This document shows, piece by piece, positions 24,901-38,447 of a stretch of DNA of 64,000 nucleotides (positions are counted from its first letter, which is position 1; the number at the start of each line of letters is the position of its first letter). The DNA comes from Iphione sp. A-MEVVRFRX5. Taxonomy: Eukaryota. A model generated the notes under the pieces. It was not told where the DNA came from. It saw only the letters and a list, made by a program, of their open reading frames with translations, and did no database searches. The DNA lies in contig OZ320313.1 in the NCBI GenBank assembly GCA_976226885.1, forward strand, positions 106,206,001 through 106,270,000, in the 5' to 3' direction. A program made the translations under genes and the position numbers.

Positions 24901-27564
24901 AAGAGCTCTCTCATGTAATAGAGAATATCTAGTTCCTCCAAAGTTACAATTAGTTCCGTAGCAAAAGGGCCTGGGTTTCCTCTGAACATCCTGCAAAGTA
25001 GTTGAGTTAGTTCAACCTATCCCTGTTTAGATAACTTCTAGTCTTCAGAAAAAAACATCCCATTCATGAGGCTACTTACGGGTCTGAAAATTGTATCATA
25101 ACCTCACTGCACCTACAAGACAAAGTACATGTATCAGACAAGTGACCAAGTTTGCTTCTGTTTTCATTAGCATGAGTTGGCCCAGGAACCTTAATTGAAA
25201 ACTCTCTCGAAGGGGCTTTAGGCGGGTGCATCACGTCGGCCATTATGGCCGATTAGACGGCGCCAGGGCGACACCTGGGGAGAGGCGCGCGTACCAGAAG
25301 GAGCGCGCTGATGTGCGCGCGCATCTCCCCGGACGGCCATCGTGGGACGCCGCGAAACTGGCGCTAGTTCCATCTGGCGACGCCAGGGGGCGTCATTACC
25401 CACAAATCCCGGTTGCTGCTTCCGGTGTATGCAGCGGAGCTGTTATCGTTAATGCTGGAGCGCAGCAAGCGAGCGGCCGGTGATTCAAGTGTAAATGTTT
25501 GATGACGAATTGCGAGCCGCTTTCATGTCCGATTGAGAGCGAGGACTTCATTTCCACAGATGAAATGGCAATTCCGAGTAGATTTTACGACGACACCGTT
25601 CTTGAAGTCAATTTAGTCCTGCTGGGAATGGTGGAACGAGTGCCGAAAGGGGCGGGGAGGCTTGGCCTGATCAACACCAACTCTAAGGCTATGATAGCAC
25701 ACGATAAATTCAATGATCATAGAAGAAGAGGAGTCTGCCCAATCTAACGGTCTCTTTGTTTCAAAATCGCAACTTATCATTACAGGCAATATGCAACACT
25801 ACCATTTTTTATGGCGCACTAGAAACCCTAAAATCACTGTTGTGAAGTCATCTTGATTCATCAAGGTTACAAAGTGATGGCTTATCTATGATCTGCGAAA
25901 CATGATCTATAAGATACAACATCTATGGAGATTTGAATTAACCCAGAATTATGTCCTTAAATTGGACAGAAAAAAAAGATCTCTCTCCAACTGACGGAGA
26001 GGTTTGTTTCCATTGACGGACAGTTTAGTAAAGCCATAAGCTGGTTCCTGAAAAAGCCTTTCCATTGTGTACGTTTTTAAGTATGATTTTTGCGATTGTA
26101 CATCAAACCATATTTAAATTAAACAAAGGATTTATTCTGAACATCTTGAAGATCTTTACTTTCTTTTACAACCTTGACATACACACATATATAATGCATA
26201 TAAACATGTATTGGGAAAATGAACTCACATTATTTCTCAGAAAGTGTGTACATGTACACAACTATGAGGCCAATTGCTAAGCTAACAGTCCTGGACAGTG
26301 ATGATATGTCTCTTCGTATATCAGTTGGATTTTACCATTTATACGACGAAGAAAGCGCTTGGGAATTGAAGTCAGCTTTATTTATACAATAGATGTGTAC
26401 GGTACATGCACGTATTAGATCCGGATTTTGGAGGTTTCGGCCCAATAGGGCCTCGGATAACTAATAAGAAAGATAAAGCAAATAGAACATATCCACTTTA
26501 AAGGAACACAGCATGTTTTTTCTAGTGGAAACTTCTGTCAAGGCCAGGGAGTACGTTAGACACTAGGAGAATCACGATTCATCAGAACTCCAGTTGAGTT
26601 TCACTTGGGCAATGGTTTCCTGAGACTTGTAGAAATAACAATGTTGGCTTCCACCATAATAAGACGACATATATCTGTGAAGAGGGTTGCTTATTGCTGA
26701 ATGGCTCGAACACAACTGACGAAGATTCGTGGAACAAACTTGCTTTTATAGTAAATTTGCTCTCCCTCCAGGAAGTTAGCCCTCCCTCCGCAAACGTAAT
26801 CCCATCCTCAGCTCTTCACTATTTCTTGCCTCCGCAACCTTCACCCTCCAGTCCTCCGACCAACAATAACTTAACTAAATAATTTAATATAACCTTTTGC
26901 AAATTATCACTTATAAATAGTGAAGTGTTTCCATCTATAAACCAAAAAAGATCACCTGCCCAGTTCTAGTGACGGGCTTGCTAACACGCCTCCCTCCCCA
27001 TCACCTGTCCTACTCAATCAATACTTGTAGAGATGGGTACTGCCATTTGGCAGCAGAAGCCCCCACAACCTTTATTGCCAACTAGCACGCAAGGCTTTGA
27101 GCCCAGTAATCCAACAATCAATAAACATTTTTCAGCTTCGACACGTCGTCCTGCGCCTGCCTCTAAGCAATGTTCACGTGACGGATTAACGCCTGCAAAG
27201 CCCCGTTGTGATTGGAGGTCATTCTACGGGGGGGGGAGGCTGGGAGGGAGGGTGGGACTAGGGAGGAAGGGAAGGTGGGGCTGTTTGATGGCTGAGACAG
27301 ATAATGATGTGTGTTCGGCAGGGAAGGTGTGGAAGCGGCGCGGATCAAGGGAATAGAAAAACAAGGAGAGTGTTGATTGGGAGGCGAGAGTAGGATGATG
27401 GGAAGAGAGGAAGGAAGGGAAGAATGAGACGGGCCGGAGTAAAAGGAAAACCATAGGGTAGATTTGGGTTGTCATGAATGCGGACGATTGTAGTGATGTT
27501 TACATATGAGGTAAGTGAAGGTTCAAAGGGCGAAGGGAGATGAAGCGACGCAATGAATGGGGGC

Positions 27565-27592
27565 AGAGAGCGAGAGAGAGAGAGAGAGAGGG

Positions 27593-27623
<31 letters not shown>

Positions 27624-27625
27624 GA
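27565..27625. repeat. (GA)n microsatellite
   Basis: Read directly from the sequence. Confidence 0.95.
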
Positions 27626-27719
27626 ATGAGAAGAGAGAAGAGCGGTCGGCCGGGTGGGATGGAAGGTTTGGGTTGGGGAGGGTGAAGGGAGAGCATGACA
27701 CACCCACCCATCCACCCCT

Positions 27720-28010
27720 CGTCCGCCGCTATCTGGCTGACCATCACCAGCCTCCGGGTAGAAACTGATTACAGTGACCGGTGGTCAGCGGCCGTCATCG
27801 GCCGTCTGTGACTGACACTTCGGCCGGAGGTGGTCAGAGGTGGTCAGTGAAGCCCGTCCGTCCTGGCCTTGACCGACTGACCACCAACAAAGGCCTTGGG
27901 GGAGGGAGAGAAAACGAGGGGTAGGGAGGGGCGGGGGGTATGACCGGAGGCTGGGCCAACGCTTTGACCTCAAGGGACATTGTCAGCTGACGGCACTGGC
28001 GTCAAACGAA
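27720..28010. promoter_or_regulatory. Enhancer-like homotypic cluster of GGTGGTCAG/CTGACCACC
   Basis: Four exact copies within 106 bp (27780, 27829, 27839, 27877) plus further GGTCA/TGACC half-sites. Confidence 0.55.
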
Positions 28011-30399
28011 GGAGTTACTCACAAGGCTGGGTGTCTCAAAATACCCCTTTCTATCGACGTAGGTTCATGTAGCCGAAACAACTGAGATCAAGTGCAATAT
28101 AAATAGTCACTGTTACCACCAGACTGTGAATTTTGGTGTTATTCCTTATGGCTGTTATCTAGATGACTACATGTATGTGACTACTGGGCCATGAAAAGTC
28201 ATAAGTAGTATATACAAATGGGACCTATCTGGCGATGAGTAATTTAATGACAGTTTGTTGTAGATGTTGGGGAGTATTCCGCTCAGTTATCAGCTAGTAG
28301 GTGTAGGAGGAGTGCTCATCTACTGTTTTGGCCTTCTCTATTAGCACATGTTCCTTCCTCCTAGCTCAATGAGGAAGGTGTGTCAGTCAGATTTTGTTCG
28401 AAAGGTAAAACAATACGTTATATATTTTAGCTTCAAAGATTTGCATGCCGTTTCCTTCATACCCTATCTTAAAAAAGTGTTAGCTATATATATGTATCTC
28501 TAAATTTCCATTTTGTCTGGTATGTACAGCCATATTTTACTTATTTGGAAGGTTTTCGGGTGAATTCGAAGAAAAAGAAAAGGTTCTAATATCACACTAT
28601 GCTTCTATTTATTATATGGTTGCCATCCCCTGATGACGCAAGTTTACATACGAATGAAGATTTACTCATTCACGCACTTCTTTTAAACTTAGACACCAAG
28701 AGGTCCTAACAGCTTCGTCGACAAATGTTTTATCATTCTGATTCCGAAATCATTACAGAAAATAATGGAGTTCTCTTGCGTGTATTTGAATACAAGGATA
28801 GCTGGTCTACATCAATACAACGAAATGCCAATTTAGGGACTCTTTTCTAATCGGGACATGCCTATGATAGGGACATATTTGGACAGAAGAAATTAGAGTT
28901 GCAACACGGACAAGTTGGACAAGAACTGAGGGTGTCCTGATTAGAGGCTGTCCATTGTAATGTGTATATGTAAGCTGCCTTCAAACCTTCGATAAATCAA
29001 TGCATATACTATGTTAGTCACGCTGTATAACACTCAGTCCATCGCCCTCATTAGTAAGGGGCATTGGTGCACGTAGTACCTGCCAGGGAAAATGAGGGGG
29101 AGAAGAGGAGGGGCAGTTAACACTACCTACCCGCTCTTCGCCAATCATGCCAGGGGCTCATCAGACATGAACAATGACCGTGTCGCTACTTAATGTCCTC
29201 GAGTAGGCCCAGTCTCCGGAGTTGTATCAGGAGAAGTGATCTAATTCTCTTATTTGTTTCTAATCAGGATGGTCTGATGTAGATTAGAGAAACGATATGA
29301 TAACTTGTTAAGTTAGCCTGTGTATTTTCTTGCTAGATGACCTCAGCGGGAAGTAACGTGCAAAATACCGTGGAACACAGTAGATCCCTCGGTATTGGGC
29401 CACCCCAGAATAAGGGTCACTTCTTTACTTGGGGCAGATTCCACTTGTACCAAGCATTTTATATATAATTTATGTATATCCCAGAACTGGGAATACTCCC
29501 TAAATGGAGACAATTTCATCCAGAACCAAGGTTGTCCCGCTAGAGGATTTACTGTATTACTCCATGGACAGCCTACGATTAAGGACAGGTCAAAGTGTAG
29601 GTTTCTGCATTTCACATTTTCAGTATTTTTGTGATAGATGACGGCGAGGTCAGTACGATTAGTAAACCAGTAGGTCTGATTACGGTCAAAGACCAATCAT
29701 CAGACACAGCAGGAAGTGTAAAAGACCAAGAATGTTACAAACTAGCAGAGAGGCACTTCTGAACAATTCCTTATAGAGGGACAACGTTCTGACATGACCA
29801 GTTACGGAACCCTCCTGCTATTACAAGGTTATGATATTTCACAAATATTAAATTTGCTGTGTTTTGCCTGATTATGAAATGCATTAAACTCTCGTCTGTA
29901 AACGTTAGGCCTATGATCTACATGTATATAGCCAGGCTATAACATCAATGCATTATAAGTAAAGGTGAGAATACATCATGAAGAGTACAGTATATTAGGT
30001 GCCTGTTTACTAATATGTCGAGAATGAAAAAATAACACAAAAGTATTGTTCAAACATATGAAAATACATGTATCCGTAAACATATGTCCCTTAACAGAAA
30101 CCAGGAGAGAGAAAATAAACTGAGTCGATTTGGGCTGAGCTGAGGGGAGTCTCTATTTTTAGGGGAGCAAATAGCACTTTCAATTTACAAAACATTTATC
30201 ATAATCCCATTTAGTAATGCTCTTTTATATCAAACCATTACATGTACGATATCTCATCATGATCTTTCTTTAAATGAAAATCTACACTTCAGACATGATC
30301 TTCAAAAAGTGGCCTTTTGATGTTATAATTTCCCTAAAGAATTTGAGGCATAAGGATGTTGACCCCAGTCTCCATGCGTCAAATCGCTACAGTTCTTTA

Positions 30400-30600
30400 C
30401 TTCAGTCCTGAAATTTATGGCAAATCGTTGCCTAACAGGGCCTGCCCCCCACCGTTTAAGCGCTCGGCCCGGGTTTGCTTCAAACAGATGTTTTTCTTCC
30501 CTCGACGGACGTTTTACGGTCATTTCTAACGACTGCGCATGCGTCCATTTCACGTGACTCTGCTCAAGTGGACTTTGCAACAGTATCGGAAGGTGTTTTC
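30400..30600. promoter_or_regulatory. Core-promoter-like element (NRF1 + USF/TFE E-box)
   Basis: TGCGCATGCG at ~30534 followed closely by TCACGTGAC at ~30550, in a CpG-rich patch within AT-rich DNA. Confidence 0.5.
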
Positions 30601-33179
30601 TTTTTAGAAAAAAAATAGTGCCGAACACGCTTATGTTTTCGTGGTAGGGTAAAAAAATATTCAAAGGCTTCAGCTGAAGGTTAAGGTTATGGTAAGCAGG
30701 ATCTGAGGATAACATGATTCTTAAAAGACTGCGATAGCATTCCCTGGCATTTACGTTTTGCTATCCATTAGTATAGTCGATATGCACAACATTTTAGTTT
30801 TGAACAAAAACATATATGTGAAATTGAATTCTTTAACTGTCGCTGCAGACACATCACACAAAAGCTGTTGTAACGGTGTTGCGGGTGTACCAATGCAATA
30901 GTGTGTGGCTCGTTGATGTTGAAAATTGGCTTATAAGACTAGATGGGGTGAATCAGTCAAAGTCTGGTCGAGATATAGAGAGTCATTCAATTGTTAATAT
31001 CCTATCAGTTGTTTAAAAGAATGTCATGGTTGAGGTGTATCACTAAGTTTTAGAAACTGTGTCAGAATGTTACAAAAGCAATATCGTGCTAGATGGCTTC
31101 ATTGAAAACCGTTTATATGCATGTTGTGAGAAATGGGTACCTTGATGAAATACATCATTAAATGAATACGTTATTTAAATGTTGGCATTTGGATAAATGT
31201 TTTAAATATACATCCAAAATTCTTGCAATCAGACGCGGTCCAAGATTCATGCATGCGTTTGCACGGTAAATATACATACGTACATGTATATATACAGTCA
31301 AATCTCATTACTTTCAGAACTCAAAACTTCGAATTCCTCAATACCTCAAACATAAGAGGTAAGATTATCTTATATTTGACATTATACATGTACTTCAGTA
31401 GGCCTATATAATGAATTGTACTTCAGATAGTTCGGCACTTCAGACGAAATTCCTGTAACCTTGCAGACTCGAGGTAATGGTATCTGACTGTATCTGATAT
31501 CTCCACATTTGAAGACACACAGTACCTTGGGTGAGTTGCTCTTCTCGCGTGTCCTGCTGAGTTCCTTTGCGGCCGGTTAAGACTGATGAGCTGTCTGTCC
31601 AAGATCACACAGATCGATTGGCCTAGCCGTCGTTACACCTGGCCTGTAAGGTGACAGCCAGAGTAGTTGACGTGAGGAGTACCTGGAGGTGTTCTAACTT
31701 AGCCTGGTGTGCTGTGTATGTAGGAAGGTATGGGATAGGAATAAGGCAAGGGGGTCATGCCGTAAGGAAACACATTCACAGGGATCGAGAGAGAGGTGTG
31801 GAGGAGTTCAGAAAGGGTGAGTGTGTGTGCTGTGTGTGCGTGAGATAGAGTGTGTGTATGAATGTGTAGGTATGTCTTGGCAGATATGTGTTTGCAACAG
31901 AAAAGGAAATAATGGGTACCCAAACAAACCAGTCTTCCCTCATCATGAGATCAAAAAAAGCAGGAAGAGGAATGGGTTATAGGAAACATATAGAGAAAAC
32001 GACGACAGAAGACAGAGGGGAACAGAAAGCTAGAGACGGAGACGGAGAGAGGGACACACAGCAAGGCAGAATCACACAGATAGGCACAGGAATATCCGAC
32101 GCTGAGCGTGTTTTGTCTCCCGCTGCGCCCTCTACAACATCTGCGTCAAGAGCGGCGAGGGAGAAGACGGCGACGAGGGGACGAGGAGACAAACCTTCTG
32201 CAGTTTACTAACCGCCCCTCTTCCTTCACTCCCTTGCTCGTCCAGGAGGCTAAGGAGGACTTTCTCCCACACAGCTAGAGCGCCACTTTGCATGAAAGTA
32301 GTAACAACATGACTTTCCCTACCCGTGGCAACTTTCGTATGACTGAGCTGGTCCTTTTGCTACTATGGTACTCCTTGTTGTGGTGAGTAAAGGCGGAGGG
32401 GGAGATGGTGGACAGGAGAGCAATCGACTGATTGGGTGACACGGCAGTTTGTATCGCTCCCACCCCTCCCTCCCATCAACCATTTCCACCACCAGCACCT
32501 CCGACCCCGCTCCCCTCCTCCCTGTAAGTTTACCCTGACCTCGTGCATCATCTCTCATCTAGTACCAAACAATTCTGTCTCCCACGAGAGAATCTCTCCT
32601 TGCGTCATCTGAGCTACATAGTTGATTGGGTGATTATATGAAGAACTACCATGAGTGATATTCAATAGCTGTTAACAACAAACCGTTTTGTCAGTGATAA
32701 CTTCCGCTCTTCACACCATCGCGTTGACTGAGTCAGTGTAGGCCTTAATTTAATTGTTTTAATTAGCTGACACAGAGGTTATTTTACAATACGACAGGTA
32801 CTCTGGACAAGAGGTGGTAAAGCAAATCAAATATACAAATATATAAAAAGACTTTACCAATGAACGCCATGTAATCATTAGCAGTCTTACGGTGTGTTCG
32901 CTTTCGATATAATTCATATGAATGAAAAATATGAGGCACCAAGGTAAACATCTACTCAACCTGAAGTCTTGACCACATGCAGAAATTTGTAAGGCGACAG
33001 ATGTTCCCTACCAATAATAAAACGGTCTCGGGAAGTACCCTGAATTTGTATGACTCCTCTACGTATTAGATGAGATATCAGTTGGGAAAAAAGATGGAAG
33101 CAGGAGAGAAGCCTGAGGCGATGACTGAGGAAAAGTAGGAGGCAAAAGGATGAATGGCTGGCCCGTGCATCGGCAATAC

Positions 33180-33520
33180 AGGGGTAGAGGGCGAGAGGTC
33201 GGCCCTGCTGGCCCCAGCCACACAATACCATTGTAACCACTGACTGACCACCGAGGGCACAGAGTCGCTACTCAGGCGCCCTCTGCCGCACTGCTTGGAA
33301 ATGTGTGATGCCCGCCTTGCCTTTTGTGTCGCCACCTAGCGGACACAGAGCGCACCTTCCACCTGACCACCTCGCCACGCGCGCTTCCGCACGCCCACCT
33401 TGTTAGCGCCGTCGGGGCACGGGTGTTGTAAATGTCATGCGCGGAGAACAGACGCCGGGTCCGTCCTGGGGAGCCGAGCGACTGAACTGGTCAGCTTGAC
33501 CGGGGAAGCGTTCCCTTTTG
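33180..33520. promoter_or_regulatory. GC-rich island with two co-oriented CTCF-like motifs and two CTGACCACC
   Basis: GCGCCCTCTGCCGC (33276-33289) and TCGCCACCTAGCGG (33329-33342) each match CCASYAGRKGGCRS at 13/14 on the minus strand. CTGACCACC at 33244 and 33363. Confidence 0.5.
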
Positions 33521-34160
33521 AATTGGGTTAGCACATTCTGAACTCCCATCTTAAGGGCGCTCTGTCGGCTAGTTGTAAGGCAGTATTTTCTTTCTTATTC
33601 AAACGTGTTCCTAATAATATGGAGGAGAGATCTGTAGGAGGAATGTTTCACATGGTTCCTCCGCCAGAATCAATCGATAATTGCGCGTCCTTTGGGATTG
33701 TAACCTTTTGTGGTGCGCAAACTATGAAAATATCCCGCGAAATACATGTACTATTATTGGCGAAAGATTCTTTTCCGTTAAATACAGGAGACAACTTAAA
33801 GCAGACACTGCTTCATGTAGGCCGTTTCTAGAACGTTCACCTTTCCAAATTATGTGCAGTGTGGATCCACATTCTAAAAAAAGTGGAAACATGAACAATA
33901 TCTTTATTACATTACAACTGAAAAAATATTTATGAACGAATGTTAGGTGGTAAAATTGACTTTGCTTAATGACAAATACCATGGATGCGGAGTTCTAATC
34001 AAACTTTTGAATGGTATGGATGTAAACTACCATAGACGCCTAATAGAAGCCGCAACTATAATCCAATGCGTAACGGACGTTCCCTGTCCTGCTTTTAATA
34101 GAAATATTCCATGGTATAAATTTGACAGTCTTTTCGTGATTAAGACGCGGTACCGGTGGA

Positions 34161-34175
34161 GTGTGGTGTGTGTGT

Positions 34176-34236
<61 letters not shown>
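34161..34236. repeat. (GT)n microsatellite
   Basis: Read directly from the sequence. Confidence 0.95.
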
Positions 34237-34240
<4 letters not shown>

Positions 34241-37200
34241 CGTGCGGGAGGGTTGCTTATCAGCAGGCAGGCCCCGTTGGCGGACACAACAAATCGGGCT
34301 GTCGGCCTCCGCGAAAGGACGGGTGAGAGGGGCTAGGGCGCTGGGAGGGGGTGCTGGCGGCGACTAAGATAGAGCCAGCGGCGGCCACCTGGAAACAGGA
34401 GGGGGTGAGGAGCTCTGAGGGGTGAGGGATCCAAACTCCCAGGGCAGAAGCAGTAGCAGTGGCGGCGCAACCTTCTTCCTGGATCACAGTCAGCATTTAG
34501 CGCGACCTCTCAGGCTGCAAGCGGAAAAAAACTGACACTGACGGTCTGAGGTCCTTAGATGCAGCCAAGCGACAGGGAGCACGTACCGAATGCACATCTG
34601 TCAAAGGGCCTGGACGGGCAGCCATCTAGCGAGGAGGTACGAATTACAGAGCTCCGAGCGTTTGATGTAACCTCTCGACAGAAGGGTAGAAAGAGAGAGA
34701 GAGAAAAAAAAAACGTGCAGACGGGGGACGGAAGAGTGGAGAAAAACGACGCAAAAGAAAATCATTGAGGGAGACAGTCAAAGGGCATGAGGTGAGACTG
34801 GCGGTTGGACAGCCCCTGTGGCATTACCCCCATCTGCTTGTTGTCGCTCATCGTTAACTCCCTCTGGCCTAGTCACACTGGCAGGCCCTACCACCTTCCG
34901 ACTTCTACGTCTCCCCATTGGCTGGCAGTGTCTGTCTCGGTCACTTCTAGCCCAGAACTCCCCATTGCCATTCAATATGACCGATGTCCCAACGTTTAAG
35001 TACCAGCTACAACACATACTTTCACTCGTTCCTCCCGAGACAGTGATTGTGGTTAGGCAAAGTATGAAAATACATGTACATAATGAGAGGATAAATCAAC
35101 CTTCTGACGCTCCGCCCAGAATATCGCCAGGATATGTGTTATCGTTTAAGTGTTGAAACATCAACAAACAAATATTTTGGGACTTTTCCAAACTGTAATT
35201 TCAATTCACCGATTGATTTTAGTGATGTGACAGGTGAACTGACCAATTAGATTGTAGCTTTCAACGAGGGGGCAATTGGAACTATAGACAAAATGCTTAG
35301 CTTTGAAGTCAATGATACCTTTCGAAAGCCTTAACATATTACAGATACAATTATGAAAAATTATTATTATAAAAACTGTAAGTTTGGTTACATTATATTT
35401 AGTAAGTCTCTTAGTTCTAAGAAATCAAAGATGACTATCTCAAGGCTAGACAGCTTGCTGCCTGTCTTTGCTGGGATACCGGACACTTTTACTGAGAACC
35501 AAGGGTGTCCTACTAAGTGTAGCTTTACTGAACATGAAGTTATCAATTAAATGTTAGCACATTATGTCAGACACCATGAAATAAAGCAAAGGACATAATT
35601 TTATGCAATTAGGGGTTATAGGTAGCATATCGATATCTAAACAGAAAAATCAACGAGGACATAAGTTCGTGAAGTCATAAGTAATGGACTAGTGAAGGAA
35701 CGTTTTGGGAAATCAGTGTAGTGTCATCTCTGCCACTCTAGTGTCTCCGGCATTTAACAAATTGCTGTCATTCAAAACGGATATTGTGTTTGCAGTGACA
35801 GGTATTTGTGATTTTTATGTTCGTAAGGATATACGGTATGTATCACTACTATGATAATATAATACAGGGAATTTTGGTCCTGACATGAAACCATTGAGGA
35901 GAAGGGGTAATGTTCGAAATAAGAAAAAACATCAAAAACTCCAAGGTGATGGTTGAAACGTTTTGCATATCACCATTGTATAAGACCATGGGATTACGGA
36001 ACAGGCTACTCTTAACTGTTATCGACTGTTATACTTTATAAATGTAATTTATGGATGCATTGCAATACAATTAGGAGGGAAAATTACAGAGTGTTGTGAA
36101 CATTGTAATTTATCGAAAAGTCATGGGTCTGTATGAAATAACCTTGGCTGAGGCTACCTGCACTGCGACAAATGAGATTAACGTAATTCTAGTTTTGATC
36201 AAACTTATTTGAAGCTACATTTAGAACCATTGATAGTAGAGGCAATGGTACTGATTTACATTTTTTTAATCAAATCCTATGTATCGCCTTTCTTTTCTCC
36301 TTAGAAGTATTGTTTATGTTGTCAATGTTGCACCGGTCTTGGTTAAGGATATACAACAGGGTCATTGGGCAAGTAATAAGTTAGAATGTTAATGTTGGTT
36401 ATGTGGCTAAACTGGGTACATGTTCCTGTTATATCACACGAGAATTGTATATTTCACTAAATATACATGTATGTCACTACTGTATAAGGAAATTGTAACT
36501 GTCACATATCATCTCATGTACAGTGATCTGAATGTCTGTTCCATTTATTTAGTATGTCTCAAATTCAGAAAAAATCGAATCAATCAATCACTCAAAACAC
36601 CATTACAATGTGATTTCCACTGTTTCATGGAAACATTGTATATTATTTTATTGATGGAACGCCGATTATGACATCATATTCTAAGTACAGTAACCCCTTG
36701 CTATTTCAAAACATCTCTATTACAGATACAGTTACTTAATACAGCAAAAGACAATTTAATACAAAGTTTCCTCTTTATTTCAACCCCTCACCACTGCAGA
36801 CACAATCTGTTTGAACTGAGCAGTGTCACACGGTGAGAGGTTACTGTCAGGCCTAGTTTCCATACTTCCATTGATGCGTTTGTGTTGCATTTGTTTTGTG
36901 GAGCATTTTCTTTTAGCAAAGTGAAGCAATGTTAGCATTTTCATGCATGTGTTGCACTGGTGCATTGCCTGCGTGTCGTCAGTGCATGAGTGTGCATTGT
37001 TGCTTTTTTTAGGCAGTGCCTGTAAATTTAATGCAAATGCATTCGAACAAGGCAAGGATACCAATGAACCTATGTTAGATGAAGTAAAAGAAACATGATG
37101 CTCACACATCTCTGCACATGAACATCAAATTTGCTGGTTTTAGGATGAAATTCACATCAATTTCGCCAGTATTAGGCCATCTTAACATCAAATGCAGTGG

Positions 37201-37986
37201 TTTGGGGCCCTCATTGAATCAATTTCACTGGTATTAGGATGTTTTGTGATAAAATTGACCGGTTTTAGGCCATTTTTCATATCTTTACATCATCATACAT
37301 AGTTTCAACATATTGAGCGATGCTGCTCAATGCAGACAGGTATCACTGCATTACAGCCCCAATTATGGAAACTTAGCCTAAGCCATCTTGTTGTGACAGC
37401 ATGGTTGATACTCCAGCAAAGCATTCAGGCCTTAACAAGGTATTGATAGTTTAATTTTGCATCAATTTCCTCAGTTTATATGCTTCTTCTTCACTCTCAT
37501 CCCAACAATCCTCACCTTACTGAAAATCACACGACTAATGAGGATGAAGGATAAGCCAAGAGGGCACCAGTAATATTATTTGTTTACATTTCAGTTGAGC
37601 CAAGAGACAATGATTTGTTGTAAGATAAGCATTCATTTCAATGATATCATTATGTATATAAAATAATCATTAAGCCTAATCTTATGTTTCTGTCATGCAC
37701 TCTTTTTAGCTTCAATCATACTTAAGTCAAAATTAGATTGGGGTATTATTGCTGGTGCCTAAGTTACAGAATTACCACAAGTTTTATCACACAAAATTCA
37801 ATGTCCATTATAATGTAACAAAAGGCACAAAACTGCATTGTAGTGGGGCTGCTGGCAATTCGGGGATGGGTCAAATGATATGGGTACACAAGTTTGGTTT
37901 GCTCAGGGAAGATTGTCCACGGTAAGTGTGATAGATAAAAATTAATCATTTGCAGTGAAAGGCAAGGAGTAAACATTGTACACGTA

Positions 37987-38447
37987 CAGTAGAACTTTAC
38001 AACTGAGGACATCCACAGATCCCAGTGAAAGTGCTCCTATGTAGGGGCGTCTCCAGTCTTGTATGTAGCATTACATGTATCTATTCCATAATGGACAATC
38101 AATATAAATCGTTTGTCATCTTATATTATCCCTATTGTTAGCTACATCTGTGACCAGGATCTATATATACACCTTATATTTTTTCTTAGTAATTTTCTAT
38201 ACATCATCTCTTATATTGTTTTTTAATCCTCCATGTCTAAACGAGCATCCGGTTTGCTTCTGTTGTTGTTCCATTCTCCTTTTAACATGTTCCCAGTACT
38301 TTTTATCGCTATTTCCCATTTTAATGTTGTGATTTCCCTTTTGTATGGTACTATGTATCGCCCTAATTTGATGCTTTTCTAGCCCAAAGTGTCCCTTGTC
38401 TACGGGCGTCCCTTTCCTGAAGTGACCGAAGTCATGAAATTCTACTG
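37987..38447. mobile_element. Tc1/mariner-pogo-type MITE (CAGTAGAAC family)
   Basis: Left end TA|CAGTAGAACTTTACAACTGAGGACATCC is nearly the reverse complement of the right end of the 50687-50866 copy. Right end ...GAAATTCTACTG. Confidence 0.6.

Noticed and set aside
31580-31640. Hammerhead ribozyme from CTGATGAG
   Set aside because: No stem II followed by GAAA at a suitable distance.
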